Source of the DNA: Adineta vaga
Lineage: Eukaryota > Animalia > Rotifera
Direction: 5' to 3'
NCBI GenBank assembly: GCA_021613535.1
Contig: CP075493.1
Coordinates: forward strand, 8,432,001-8,496,000
Length of the DNA stretch: 64,000 bases
The stretch's first letter is position 1, and every line of letters begins with the position of its first letter. Positions 39,357 through 51,776 of this stretch are shown here, piece by piece. A program made the translations under genes and the position numbers. Below the pieces are notes generated by a model. The model did not search any database. It worked only from the letters and a program-made list of their open reading frames with translations, and was not told the DNA's origin.

Positions 39357-40217
39357 CTAAGAATATAGAATTTCTTGTTTAAATGCGCATTTCTGATGTT
39401 GAGAGGAAACTTTTATCGCAGCTGGTTTCTCTCGAGGTAGTATACAAACTGAGAAATGTTTAGGAGTAGGTGATTTAACCAGAGGTATCGTATCTCTTAT
39501 CATTGTCATATCAATATTGTTCAAATGTTGATAAACACGATTATTTTCTTTTGATTGTCTACATTTAAATTTCGAAGTTTTCCGTTGTTTATAAGTTACA
39601 GGTGATTTAAGATCAAACGATTCCATACTTTCATCCACATCAGCTGCTGTCGCTTGATCATCTTCATTTGTAGATACAGAACTTCTACTTTCACTTTTAT
39701 TCAATGATAAAGATTGATATGTATCGATCGTACTGGAGATTTTTCCTTGATTCATATTTGATGATCGAGATTGAGTAGATTTCTGGCCATGATTTACTTT
39801 GGATATTAATAATTGACGATGATCTTGATAATCTTTTTTTGTCGGTTGCTTTTTAATACGTTCTAATTTTTGTGTTAAAACTAAATTTTCATAACAAATT
39901 TGTCGATCTCGATTCGATCGTCGATTGTTCTTAATTCGTTCAGCTGCTAATATACATTCATTAAAATAGGGTTCAAATTCTTGATGTTTTTCAGTTGAGT
40001 TTGATTGTTCGTATTCAAATTTATTCAAATAGGAAATCAATGGAAAGGAAATCTCTCGTTGAGCCTTAATTATATTTCTTTGATTTAGTTCATATGTCGT
40101 TGTTGGTAAGATCTGTGTTTGTTCACGATATTGAAGTTGATCAACAAGTTGATCGGCAACATGTAAACGTGTTGCATACTTTTCTCGAAGATGACGACTG
40201 AAATTTTCATACTGCAT
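39357..40217 (-). CDS. Uncharacterised 286-aa protein, possibly with a CFAP97/Hemingway-like coiled-coil motif
   Basis: Long single ORF with coding-like composition. RQICYENLVLTQKLERIKK resembles the IxxENxxLxxKLxxI motif of that family, which is a weak match. Confidence 0.55.
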   Translation of the reverse strand: MQYENFSRHLREKYATRLHVADQLVDQLQYREQTQILPTTTYELNQRNIIKAQREISFPLISYLNKFEYEQSNSTEKHQEFEPYFNECILAAERIKNNRRSNRDRQICYENLVLTQKLERIKKQPTKKDYQDHRQLLISKVNHGQKSTQSRSSNMNQGKISSTIDTYQSLSLNKSESRSSVSTNEDDQATAADVDESMESFDLKSPVTYKQRKTSKFKCRQSKENNRVYQHLNNIDMTMIRDTIPLVKSPTPKHFSVCILPREKPAAIKVSSQHQKCAFKQEILYS

Positions 40218-40411
40218 ACTGTAAAAACTTTACTAGTGCGCCAAATATTTTCGAAATGAAAGCAATTTTATTGCGAATATTATCAATACAATAGGAAACA
40301 AGAGTTAGTTTGTCTATACATTATAATACATAGTAAAGAAAACAGTATACAATTTCTATGTTAATTAATTAAATTCACATGAACGTATCTACAAGAAATA
40401 GAAGATTTCAT

Positions 40412-42681
40412 TTATTCTGAAGTAAAACGTGTTGTTCGACGGTGTATTGTTGTTCTTCGACTAGTAGTTATTTCATCATTGCTAGTCGAAGATGCTAAAC
40501 GTGTCGAATAACGAGTTGCATATCGTGTTTTGGGCATTTCAGCATGTGCTTGAATTGGTAAATTGTCTAAAATAAAAGCAATGATATATTTAGTCTTTTG
40601 AAAAATCATATTAAACACTGATAAGTTTTCTATACATTGATACACGAATATAAGTACTGCCTTACTTCTTCAGTTTAAACTTACCATTTTGACTTTCTCG
40701 TAAAAGACGAGTTGTAGTCCTTCGAGTAGTTCGTCGTTTTGTGTTCGTTTCGATAGGTATAGGAATCGAGGTTTGTTCAACCGCTGGACTTTTGCACGCT
40801 TTTGATTCGTTTATCGCAATTTCAATATCTAATGGTTTCTCTTCTGGTTGTCGTACAAGATCAGTTTTTTGTGCTTCATCGTTGTCGCCATTTTCTGCTT
40901 CATTTCTAAAAACAAGTGCATTTTGAAAAGATGCTTAGGTGCTGAAAAAAAGACTGTCTTACGAATCAGCAGATGGTATGGTTGGTAATTTCGAATAATT
41001 AAAAGTATCATTAATTGTTGGACGAATAAAATCTGACTTTTCAGCATCGAACGTACTTTTATTTAATAACAATGTTCTGTTCGATACATTGGGATCGACA
41101 GGTAATGGTTCACGAAAACTAACTTTCTCTTGCTTAATAGTCGGTTTTTCCATATTCTTTTGATTTGTTAATGAATGTTTTTCTTCACGTACAGGCGGTA
41201 GTGATGGTGGTAGAGCTGGTCGACGAATTGATCGATCAGCAGTTAATAATAAAGGACGAGCATTTTCAGTGTTATCTGCAAGCAGACTTCCTTCAATAAT
41301 CGTATCTTCATCGTCGTCATCATCATCTTCGTCGCTATCTTCATCGGATGAAAATGGTTTGAGAGACGTTTTCACAAATGTTTTATCTGAAATAGTGGAT
41401 GCAATGGATTTGTTATTATGTTGTTGTTGTTCTTCTTCCTCATCGTCAAGATTTGCTGTTGGTAAACATGGTAAAAGTGAAACAGATAATTCTGTGTTTG
41501 GAATTTCTTGATGCATTTCCATTGCCCTTTCAATAAAAGATACGTCACGTAGTGTAACATGAGTTTCAGGAATCGTTGAAGTTGGTGCTAATAGTGGTGT
41601 TGATTCTTCATTAATTGTTTCTTCGTGAACAGTTGTTGACACACTTAACTGAGGTGGAAGAATCATTGACGTATCTTGAGATAATTTTGATACAAGTAAA
41701 CGAGCCTCTGTAAAAGAAGACGATAAATCATTACAGTTTTATGAATCATGCACTTACTTTTCAACGATTGAGTAATCAGAGGTGTCAACGTTCGTGATTG
41801 CTAAAAAAAACCAGTCAAGTTTTCTCTTTCGCAAAATTTATTACATTATAAAGAAAATCACCAATCTACATAGTTTGACATGAACATGTCAGAATACATA
41901 TACTTCTTCAATATTCTCCTTAGCAATTGAACTATAGATACGTTTTATGCAATGAAATCTTACTCGTAAAGTAGTTCTGTTATTGATTTTCTCTCTTTCT
42001 TCTTCTTCTTCTTCCTTTTCTTCTTCGTCTTCTTCAGCTATTCGACTAAAATTTGGACTTTGTCTAACAGCTCGTGGTAATCCATTTCCACCACCATATG
42101 AACGTAAATCACCTGGTACAACTAGTTTCCTATAAATCAAAAGATCGATAATCATTATATTCAATAAACTCATTCTATTATTTACTGTTGTAACATTGCA
42201 TGAATTTCTTTCCAATGATCAGCTTCTTCTTGTATACCATCAGATATAATTCGACATTGTTCAGTAACAAATGCACGTAAATTTTCCATACGCTAATAAT
42301 AACGATCAAAATTTGAATTTTTTTCAAATCTAAACAAAGTTACTCACTGCTTGAAAATAAACTTCGAGTGATTGAGTAGCTAAATGTGTCATATTATCAA
42401 GTATTTGTAATTTATCATCATATTTCTGTAGATCAGAACGACATCGATTAATTTCATGATGAATTTCATTATTTTGACTTTCAAGTATTTTAACTTCCGT
42501 GTTTAACATAACTAATAATAGAATCAAATGAATAATTCTTATCTTTTTTGTACTGCTCTAACTTACTTGTTGATGCTCGAAAAATACTTCGACGAGCAGC
42601 TATACGAGCAGATTTTGATACAATAAAGCGTTTTTCATTCCAAGCAACTGTTAATGTTTGAATCGATTGATTAAACGCCAT
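40412..42681 (-). CDS. Uncharacterised multi-exon protein: N-terminal coiled coil, acidic disordered middle, basic Arg/Thr-rich C-terminus
   Basis: ORF fragments 42490-42681, 42330-42527, 41889-42215, 40959-41666 and 40412-40645 are linked by GT-AG introns, with phases consistent at the 3' junctions checked. No family recognised. Confidence 0.65.
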
Positions 42682-43383
42682 GGCAAAATTTTCTCACGAA
42701 AACAAAAACAAATCAAAGTACGTATTTAGATAGACAAATGTTTCAAATTTGATTATTCTTGCAATTACAAACGAAACGAAACGACTCGACTCACGTCGTC
42801 TTTGTTTCGTGCCTTTTACATATATGAACCAATGACCATATGAGATGTACATGACATAGATGTCACTATTGAACTTCACTTATTCATCTATATCCAATCA
42901 CTATGAGTAATAATAAGAATTAAATTTTGTCTGTCAAGAGATTATATGAGTAGGTAGTGAAGGTATTAGAAGCAATGAAAGTTTCAATTAAGTGCGAAGT
43001 ATTTGACATATTTTATATCGATGAGATTGATTTAATATTAGATTGAAATAGAAAATCTTTCAAATGAATGTTCTTTGGAAAAAAAACTTTCATCTGAATT
43101 GATAGAGTAACAAAAGTATTCTCTCGGTAGAAAAAGAGAAAGAGATTTTATCGACACCTACTGGAAAACCATCCCCCATTCCTGTTTGTCTTAATTAACT
43201 GACGAATCAATAACAATTTTTTTTTTCTTTGATAGTTACTAATAAATTATTATTTCATAAGAATAAAAACAAAACTATTTACATACGCATATGTTCGATA
43301 TTTATTTTCTCGTTAGTGTTTTTTTTTTCTTTTAGTAAAAGTCAAGTAATTCTAAATTAGTTGGTTTTTCTCTAAGTCGAACT

Positions 43384-44484
43384 ATGGCATCGTCTAATGT
43401 AAGAAAACCATGTTCAAAATGCATGAAAGGTTCTGGAGTAGCAATATGTGATGGTTGTCAACAATCATTTTGTATCAAACATTTTACTGATCATCGTCAG
43501 GAACTTTCTCATCAATTAGAAATTATTGGTTTAGAACATGATATGTTTCGAAAAGATCTCGATCAATATGATTCAGAACCCACTCTTCTCAATCGTATTG
43601 ACACGTGGGAACAAGAATCGATTGCAAAGATACAAACAGTAGCAGAAACAGCACGAACTAATATGCGAGAATTACTTGATGAACATAAAGAAGAAATGAA
43701 AACATCTGTTCGTAAGATAACTGATGAACTTCAATCTTGTCGAGAATCTTATGATTATACAGAAAATGATATTGAAAAATGGTCTCAACAATTACAAAAT
43801 CTTCGAAGAATATTAGAATGTCCTCCACCAATTGAAATTACTGAAGAGGGTTCATTAAAATCAATCATTCGATTGATTCAAGTTCATAAACAAAAAACTC
43901 CTTTCTCGCCTACTGTAGTTAAACAACCTCTTCGACGTCTATTTAGTACAATCAATAATGCTGCTGCCACTACTAATGAACAACTAAATCGTTCCCTTCC
44001 CAACGAAATATTTGATGAGATTGATGGTAAAGCGAAAACATCAGAAGATAATCTTGTGGTAACATGCTATTCAAAAACGTTCTTATTTCCTTCGATTGTC
44101 TATGGCGGTAAGCGCTATTCGACTGGAATACATCGTATATGTTTACGAATTGAATATATTGGAAATTCAATTTTTTTCGGAATTAGTACCTCTTCAGAAC
44201 ATGCCAATAGAGCGGATGTTTTCGATGAATCATTGTTTGGTTGGTGGGATGTCGTTCGACCAGTTCTAGCTGGTCAACTTCAAAAGAGTGATGATAATAA
44301 AATCGTGAGAGCAGGCGATGAGTTAACTTTGATTTTAGATTGTGATAATCAACAGATTCAACTACATCATCATCGAACTAATCAATTAGTTCAACAATTA
44401 ATTGATATAACAAAATGTCCATTTCCTTGGAAAATTGTCATTAAACTACGAGCTGAAGGTGATTCTATTCGAATTCTTCAATAG
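43384..44484 (+). CDS. RING-less TRIM-like protein copy 4, intact, intronless
   Basis: MASSNVRKPCSKC...CDGCQQSFCIKHFTDHRQEL; IDTWEQESIAKIQ; FGWWD; CPFPWKIVIKL. Same family as the genes at 27198-31266. Confidence 0.85.
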   Translation: MASSNVRKPCSKCMKGSGVAICDGCQQSFCIKHFTDHRQELSHQLEIIGLEHDMFRKDLDQYDSEPTLLNRIDTWEQESIAKIQTVAETARTNMRELLDEHKEEMKTSVRKITDELQSCRESYDYTENDIEKWSQQLQNLRRILECPPPIEITEEGSLKSIIRLIQVHKQKTPFSPTVVKQPLRRLFSTINNAAATTNEQLNRSLPNEIFDEIDGKAKTSEDNLVVTCYSKTFLFPSIVYGGKRYSTGIHRICLRIEYIGNSIFFGISTSSEHANRADVFDESLFGWWDVVRPVLAGQLQKSDDNKIVRAGDELTLILDCDNQQIQLHHHRTNQLVQQLIDITKCPFPWKIVIKLRAEGDSIRILQ

Positions 44485-44709
44485 AAAAAAAAGCATCGAA
44501 CTTTATCAGAAAAGACCGTCTAGCAATCAGATCTTTGTATATTTTCTATGTAATAAACTAATAACACTCATCCTTTTTTTTATATGCATTCGATATTTGA
44601 CAAAAATTTTATTTATGAAAATAAATAGTAAAGAAAAATATTCATATCACTCATTCTTTTTTCCGAACATTCAATTATCACAAAAGAAAATGTACATAAA
44701 TATTACTTT

Positions 44710-46509
44710 TTAAAATATTCCTGCATGTATAAGATTACTTTGAATAATTATATCTGAAATAGCTGCGAAGACAAATTGCATTGATCCCGTATCTGTTGCG
44801 CATGTAATATGAACGTATAAATCTCGTTGATGATTATTAATCTTCCCACGTAAATCCATTTTTTCAAATTGTTCTTGAATATAATGAAGTGAACATTCAT
44901 ATGTATTAGGACCTAGAAGAATTTGAAAGATAAAAAGAAATGTATTGATTATTTACGAACCATTGTAATCAGGAAAACAAATATGAATTGGAGAAAAGCG
45001 TAATTTCTCGGCGAATAAATCTTTTTTATTCAAGAATAAAATCATTCCAGCATGTTGAAAAAACCGATTGTTACAAATCGATTTGAATAATTGTAAACTT
45101 TCGTGTAGACGATTCTAAATTTACAAAACATATAATTTATAAGCAAAAAAAAACGAGGAAAGATTAAACTTACAATAGTATTATCTTCTTCGAGGACAAG
45201 ATCATATTCATTAAGTGCACTAACAAATATGACACCTGTTACACCTTCGAAACAATGAATCCATTTTTTACGTTCACTTCGTTGACCTCCAACATCAACA
45301 ATTCTAATTTCAATAGAAAGTTTTATTATTAGAAAATCAATGACAAAAGAATTCATTACCGAAATCGATGTTTTTTCAATGTAAATGTTGTTTCTACAAT
45401 GCCACTTGTTCTAACACGAGTATGTAAAACATCTTGCTGTGTAGGAATGTAATCAATTTGAATTAATCGATCAAGTGAATTCAAATAACTGAACGAGAAA
45501 AAGAAACAATGCCAAAAGAAATGTTTCCGATGTGAACGTACTATGCTGCTGAATCATTAAGGTAATATTCACGAGCACGTAAAAAACATGTTTGAACACC
45601 ATTATCAGTCCATAAGTTTTGCATAGCTTTACCAACATTTTCTGTTAGAATATTATGATCTGTATCTAATTCAATATAATTGAGAACAAGTTCAGCATCT
45701 TTCTAAAAGAAATATTTTATTGTTTATCACATAAAAAAATTGCGAAGTATCGCTTTAATGATTTTTCAATCAACATATGAGATGAAATTATGTCCTTAAA
45801 TATTGAGATATATTGAATGTTGGTACTACATATTTCTCTTTAACCTGATGTTCTCTTCTTCTCCTAAACATTATTTGAACCGTTACAATCTTTGCTAGGT
45901 CATAGACTAGACTGATATCTTGCCTACCTTTAATTTCCGCTCGATTGATTTCGACGTCATCATCGCCATTCTGACAAAAATGAATCATTTCTCAATCTTA
46001 TCTCAGTTAAGTAATGATATCAAAATCAGTCGAAATCATCTATACTCTTTTACGTACACTTGAGAATAGAGAAATGTGTAAGATATACATACCTCGCGTT
46101 TAGGATTAGCGAAAGAAATATTCAATCGAGGCATTGCTTGTAAAATTGCAAGCATTGATTGAATTGTATTGGAGAAAATGACTGGTTTAAAACGTAGACA
46201 TTCTTCTGTAGTATAACCATTTTCATTGAAAATGATTCTAAAATAAGCTATTCTCCTTTTAAGAAATTGTTTATCTACCTTTTTACACTCACCTCATCTG
46301 TTTTACTACTGTACTCTTTCCCGATTCTCCAGCACCTAAGGAAAAGAAAGAACGTATGAAAGATTGCTGATAAAACTCCATTGAATTGTTTTACCAAGTA
46401 AAAGTAATTTTGATTCTGCACTCAATTCTTTTCTATCTCGTTCCAATACTTCATCAATGATTTTATTTCGATGTTTCGATGGATCTCGAGGTATACAACA
46501 GCCAAGCAT
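44710..46509 (-). CDS. Heterotrimeric G protein alpha subunit, divergent Gi/o-like, multi-exon
   Basis: KLLLLG|[13 protein letters not shown]; [11 protein letters not shown]; [18 protein letters not shown]; [20 protein letters not shown]; LFLNKKD; HITCATDT; ends NLIHAGIF. Confidence 0.92.
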
Positions 46510-47285
46510 GGTTTTCGTTCTATTATTAAGTTCTTTTGTACTTGTACTTACATACAGTACTATATCTTTATTTCTATTGGTTGAAATGTACAGACCAATC
46601 CTTTGTGATTTTCTCTCTAATTGGTTCTTTTAACATACTTAGTAAACAACAACAATATTTCTGTTTTTCGACAACAAAATGAATGACAATTTTTTTCTCT
46701 TTCGTAATAGTTATAGTTAGTAATCAATTTGTAGAACTGAATCATATGCTTTTACATACTAACGAAAGTATCGTTCTCACCTCCTACCTTCGTTCTAATG
46801 TCGTTTATTCTATACAAAAAACCTTAATAAAAATATCTCGTTTCTTCTTTTTTAGATCTATATTCATTACTTTTTACACACGTAATAAAAAATCAATTTT
46901 TCGTCTTCTACTTTTTGTTTCGTCTCTTTTGTTTATTATGTTATCAAGTGATTAAACATTAACAGTAAAGTAAGTTGTTTTTCTTAGTCATGATTCTTTA
47001 TTACGCATCTACATAAGTTCGTGGGAAAGAAAGAAAAGAAAAGATCAGCTGTTTGCTTTATGAATCTTTCGTTATCTATCATAATAATAAAGTTCTTCGT
47101 TCATTTTTCTTCGTCTAAAGTAAAGTGGGTAATATTTCTTCTAAACGAAAAAGTTCCGTTGATATATCTTTAAGATCAAAAAAGTCTTATGACATAGAAA
47201 TTGATGACGTGGTGAGGGAAAAATAGAAAAAAAACAAATCTGTAGAATCATTTTTCTTCCTCTGTTTTAGTTATCTTCGTCTGTA

Positions 47286-49860
47286 ATGTTTTCGAAAACT
47301 CGTAAACAACATTCATCTTTAAAACAACCTTCAACTACAGATTCAACATCAGCATCCATAAAAGATCGAACACCGGTGACAACAACGGCATCATTGCCGA
47401 TTAGTTCGAATTTACTTACTCTACCAGCTAATAGCTCATCGAATCAAACAACAAATTCAAGTAAAATAGATGAATTTATCATTAAATAGAATCTATTTTC
47501 CTCTGTTCTCATAGGAAATCTATCCTCGAGTACAAACAATAATGGCAATGGAAGTGTACGTCGTCGTTTTTTAAATTTTCTTCGTTTTACTGCTAGTCGT
47601 TCATCCACATCATCAGTTCGATTTTCTCGTCAACGTGATATAAATTCTTCTTGTCAATCATCATCTAAACAGCAATATCTATCGCATCCTACATCAAATC
47701 AAGATAACGAATCAATTAGATCATCATCAGCCATTGTTAAAGATGAAATTATTGAATCAATTGCTCCATCAATAAATGAACCACATGTGATCAATATAAT
47801 CCCTACAACAACTAATCAATTACATGATAATAATCATGTTCTTGAAACATGTGCATTATGTTGTCATGAATATTCCCATGATCAATTCGAACGTTTAACT
47901 GTCTGTTCACATTCTTATTGTCGGACATGTTTAAAAAGTTATTTGAAGTTAGAAATCACTGAAGGTCGTGTTACATTAAATTGTCCTCAAAGTGATTGTC
48001 CTGAACGTATTCATCCATGTGATATATCACGAATTTTACAACATCAACCTGATCTTATATTAAAATATGAACAGTTCATGGTACGACGTGTTTTACAATC
48101 AATTACAGATACACGATGGTGTCCAGCACCTGATTGTGGCTTTGCAGTAATTGCATCAGGTTATGCTGCATGTCCTGAAATTCAATGTTTACGACCAGGA
48201 TGTAATACATCATTTTGTTATCACTGTAAATCAACATGGCATCCAAATAAAACATGTGAAGATGCTGCTCGAGAGAAAACATCAAAAATTCGATCAAGTT
48301 CATTTATTAGTCTTGGATCTGCTCAACAACGAGATGAAATAAAACAATGTCCAAGATGTCAAGCATCTATACTTAAAATGGATGATGGTTCTTGTGTAAG
48401 TGAAACAAAGATTTTAGAGATTAGTTTCGAAGTATTTTCGACTTGTTCCTTGTTTTTTTTCAGAATCATATGACTTGTCCAATCTGTGAAGCTGAATTTT
48501 GCTGGCTATGCGGAAGAGAAATATCAGATTTACATTATTTAAGGTGAATTTCTTTTTTTTCTTAATATAAAAAGGAAATAATTCAATTGTTGTTTATTTT
48601 TAGTCCATCTGGATGCACGTTTTGGGGTAAAAAACAATGGAGTAGAAAGAAAGTTATTCTTTGGCAAGTCGCTACTTTGATTGGTGCACCAGTTATTATA
48701 GCGTTGGTCGCTGGTGTAACTGTGCCAGGTGTTATTATTGGCGTACCAGTTTGGACCGGACGAAAAATATTCAAGAAATTCAATAAACCAAAATATAGTA
48801 AAGCAAAACGAAATACTCTGGTAGCCGTAGGTGTAGTTGGAAGTGTTGTGGCATCACCAATCATTGCAACACTTGCTGTTGGTATTGGTGTACCAATTTT
48901 ATTAGCTTACGTTTATGGAGTAAGTAACTTGAAAGAATGTCTGTATAAAAAGTAATTGCTAAATGAATTTTAGGTTATTCCAATTTCTCTATGTCGAACA
49001 GGTGGTTGTGGAGTTGGAACACGCAGTGAAACATCTGACACTGATGGACCAAGTTTAGATAATTTTTTGCCATTTTCTTTACGTGAAGTACCTCTTGCAC
49101 GAGCCATCTTAAATGGTACGATAGATTTAATAACTATGTTCAATAATTGATTTGTTTTCAATAGATAATCAAAGTGTGATGACACATCCAACTATTGGAG
49201 GTGATTCAACTAGTTTATCCAACAGTGTTGCACATCTTGTGGATGATAGAAGTAATGAAAGTACGAAAGCATTACCTGGTACAGGTGCTGTTTCACTTTG
49301 TGAAAGTTTACCACCAAATCGGTATGTCGAACATTTATGATTTGGAAAAAATCTTTCAATTAAAAGTTCATTTTAGTCTGGAAGTTCAAGCTGAAGTAAG
49401 TGATTGTAAAAGTTTCGATATTGAAAGTATAACAATCAGTGAAAAATCTTCGAAAACAATGGATAGTCTTAAAGCTTTGGCTGGTTCGATCAAGTAAGTT
49501 TGTTTTTTTCTTGACAAATAAATTCATCCTGAAACTCAATTATTCATGATTTGTTTTAGAGATGCATGTGCTGCACCGGGTGGAGATTATAATAGTGATA
49601 ATATTTGTGGTGGTACTGGTGATTTCAATGGACGAAAATCAAGTTTATTGAGTAGTGTATCAGATTATGCTCGTTCTATGAGTATCGAACAAAATCATTC
49701 GATTGTTAATCGAGCTGGCTCACCAAATAGTGATAAGACAGTGTCGTTTTTTGATGAACGTTCAAAAGTTAAATCAAAGTAAATATAGAAAAATAAAATT
49801 TTCTCAATTGCTCTTTTTTTTCTTTTAAATTTTTATAGATCTCAAGGGGATCGTTATTGA
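47286..49860 (+). CDS. RNF19: RBR E3 ubiquitin ligase, RNF19/Dorfin-like, multi-exon
   Basis: RING1 (CALC...CSHSYCRTC...CPQSDC), IBR ([14 protein letters not shown]...[15 protein letters not shown]), RING2 (IKQCPRC...DDGSC|NHMTC...FCWLC), then [13 protein letters not shown] and two TM segments ending [14 protein letters not shown]. Confidence 0.92.
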
Positions 49861-50871
49861 GCATGTGTATGATTTCTATTTTTATTTTCAACATGCATAA
49901 AACAAGAAAGCAGCAGCACCTTGTTCAGTTTTTTTTTGTTCTTTTTCTTCTTTCTCTCATGTGTGTGTAAATAATTTGTTTCCAGTGAATTCTTTCTTCT
50001 CTTTTTCTCTTTGTTCGTTTCGGCTTTTTGTTTGGGTGAAAAAAAGAAATCAGCTTGAGACTGTTGTCCTTTTCTCTCTTTCTCTTTATACTATACGATT
50101 ATAATTAATTTATTAAAAGAGTGTTGATATTAACTAAGAAATACTCTTTTGTTCCTTCTGCTACTGCTGCTGTTTGTAGATGTATTTATGTAATACAACA
50201 GAAAAAAGAATGAAAGAAATTATTGGAAAAAATAATCATATGGTTTCATATTTTAATTAAATATCCATGTATTGATTGTTTTTTTGGAAGATGAAATAAA
50301 TTTTTTGATCACCTCTCACCATATCGATTGATTGTCTAAGGTCATAATAACTGTCAATATCGGATATTCGGAACTTCGTTCATTCTTCAGAATCCGACAT
50401 CATATGTCAAAAAACATTCAAGATCGAAGAATGATAAAGGCGACATCTACAAAAAAAATCGAAACTGTAATGAAAAATAGTAAAGAAAATTTCGTCGATG
50501 ACACTCTGAATCTTATACGAAATGCAAGTTTGATTCGAAAATCTCGGTTTCTCATACTATAAAAAATAAACAATAGCTCAGAAATTATTCATTTGATATT
50601 GACGATAATGAGATCACATCATACATATATAGATATACGCTGTTTCACCCTACCTAGTGGCTGATCGTTTCTACCAATCCTATACTAATCATTTTTTCAT
50701 TTAGTCTCATGTGCTCTCTTCTCATACTCATACATCAATCAATATAATTTCTCTTCACTATTCTAGATCAATGTACATGTATTTCCATTAGAGTAAGGTA
50801 TGTGAAGGTCATCTTATTTTTTTTCACATCTATATCTTTTTCTCAATCTTCTCTAGGGGTGCCAAATAGCT

Positions 50872-51776
50872 ATGGCACCACATGATTCTGTCGAAATTCG
50901 CGTTGTATGTAAAGCGGACTATTTTGATCCACAATTAAAAATTAAACTGCACGAAATCAGAGATAATTTAAGACAAATACTTCATACAGGTATGATGCTT
51001 GTCTTAATTCAATGGAAAAATAGTATATTAAACACATTAATTTAGGTCGAAGACGATTTGCTTTAAAAAAAATACAACCATGGAATAGCATAAAAGTGAC
51101 ATTTGATATTCCAAAAGAAGCAGCAGATCGACTTCGTTTACTTGCTGTTCAAGGAAATGCACGTCTCATTGAATTAGGTATACTTAGTGTAGAAGTTGTT
51201 GGAGAATCGAATACGATTGTTCTTAACAATGCACAGAATTCATCGACAATACCAACGAACAGTAAGTTTTGATTTTGAAAAAATCATCTATATTTCTCTC
51301 TCCAGGTAAAGACGTATCCGCATCATCTTCACTTCATGCAACAGCTGTACAAAAATCTTCGTCTAATGTAAAACTCGATGACAATTGTGCTAAACGAATG
51401 AAAATTGAAAATGATCTTCATATGCAAAATAATAATCTCCTATTAACAAATACTAATCATATAAATCCTACAAATCAATATCAAGTTCAACAGATCAATC
51501 ATCGACATGGACAAGTATTATATTCAAATTATCCAAAAACTAGTAGTATGAATAATTTTCCATGTATAGAAATAGAAGAGAACGTTTTCAATTGATTTTA
51601 TTTTAGGTGTAACTACAAATGCGTATGTTCATGATTCTTGGGCAGGATATAAAGTGAAAGTGAATGGAACACATTATTATCCATCTCAACAAACGTCTTA
51701 TGATACGCGACAATATGAAACAAATCTTTCAGCACAATGTTCGAATGAGACATCCTCAACAAATACGTTTCAATAA
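50872..51776 (+). CDS. Short NCOA6-like protein (N-terminal NCOA6 domain only), 4 exons
   Basis: KKIQPWNSIKVTFDIPKEAADRLRLLAVQGNARLIELGILSVEVVGE matches the conserved NCOA6 N-terminal domain ([22 protein letters not shown]...LGILSVQ). Stop TAA at 51774-51776. Confidence 0.8.

Noticed and set aside
45788-45988. Intronic 66-aa ORF or possible C/D snoRNA (ATGATGA) in the G-alpha intron
   Set aside because: The G-alpha exons join in frame without it, it has no recognisable homology, and there is no CTGA D box or terminal stem.
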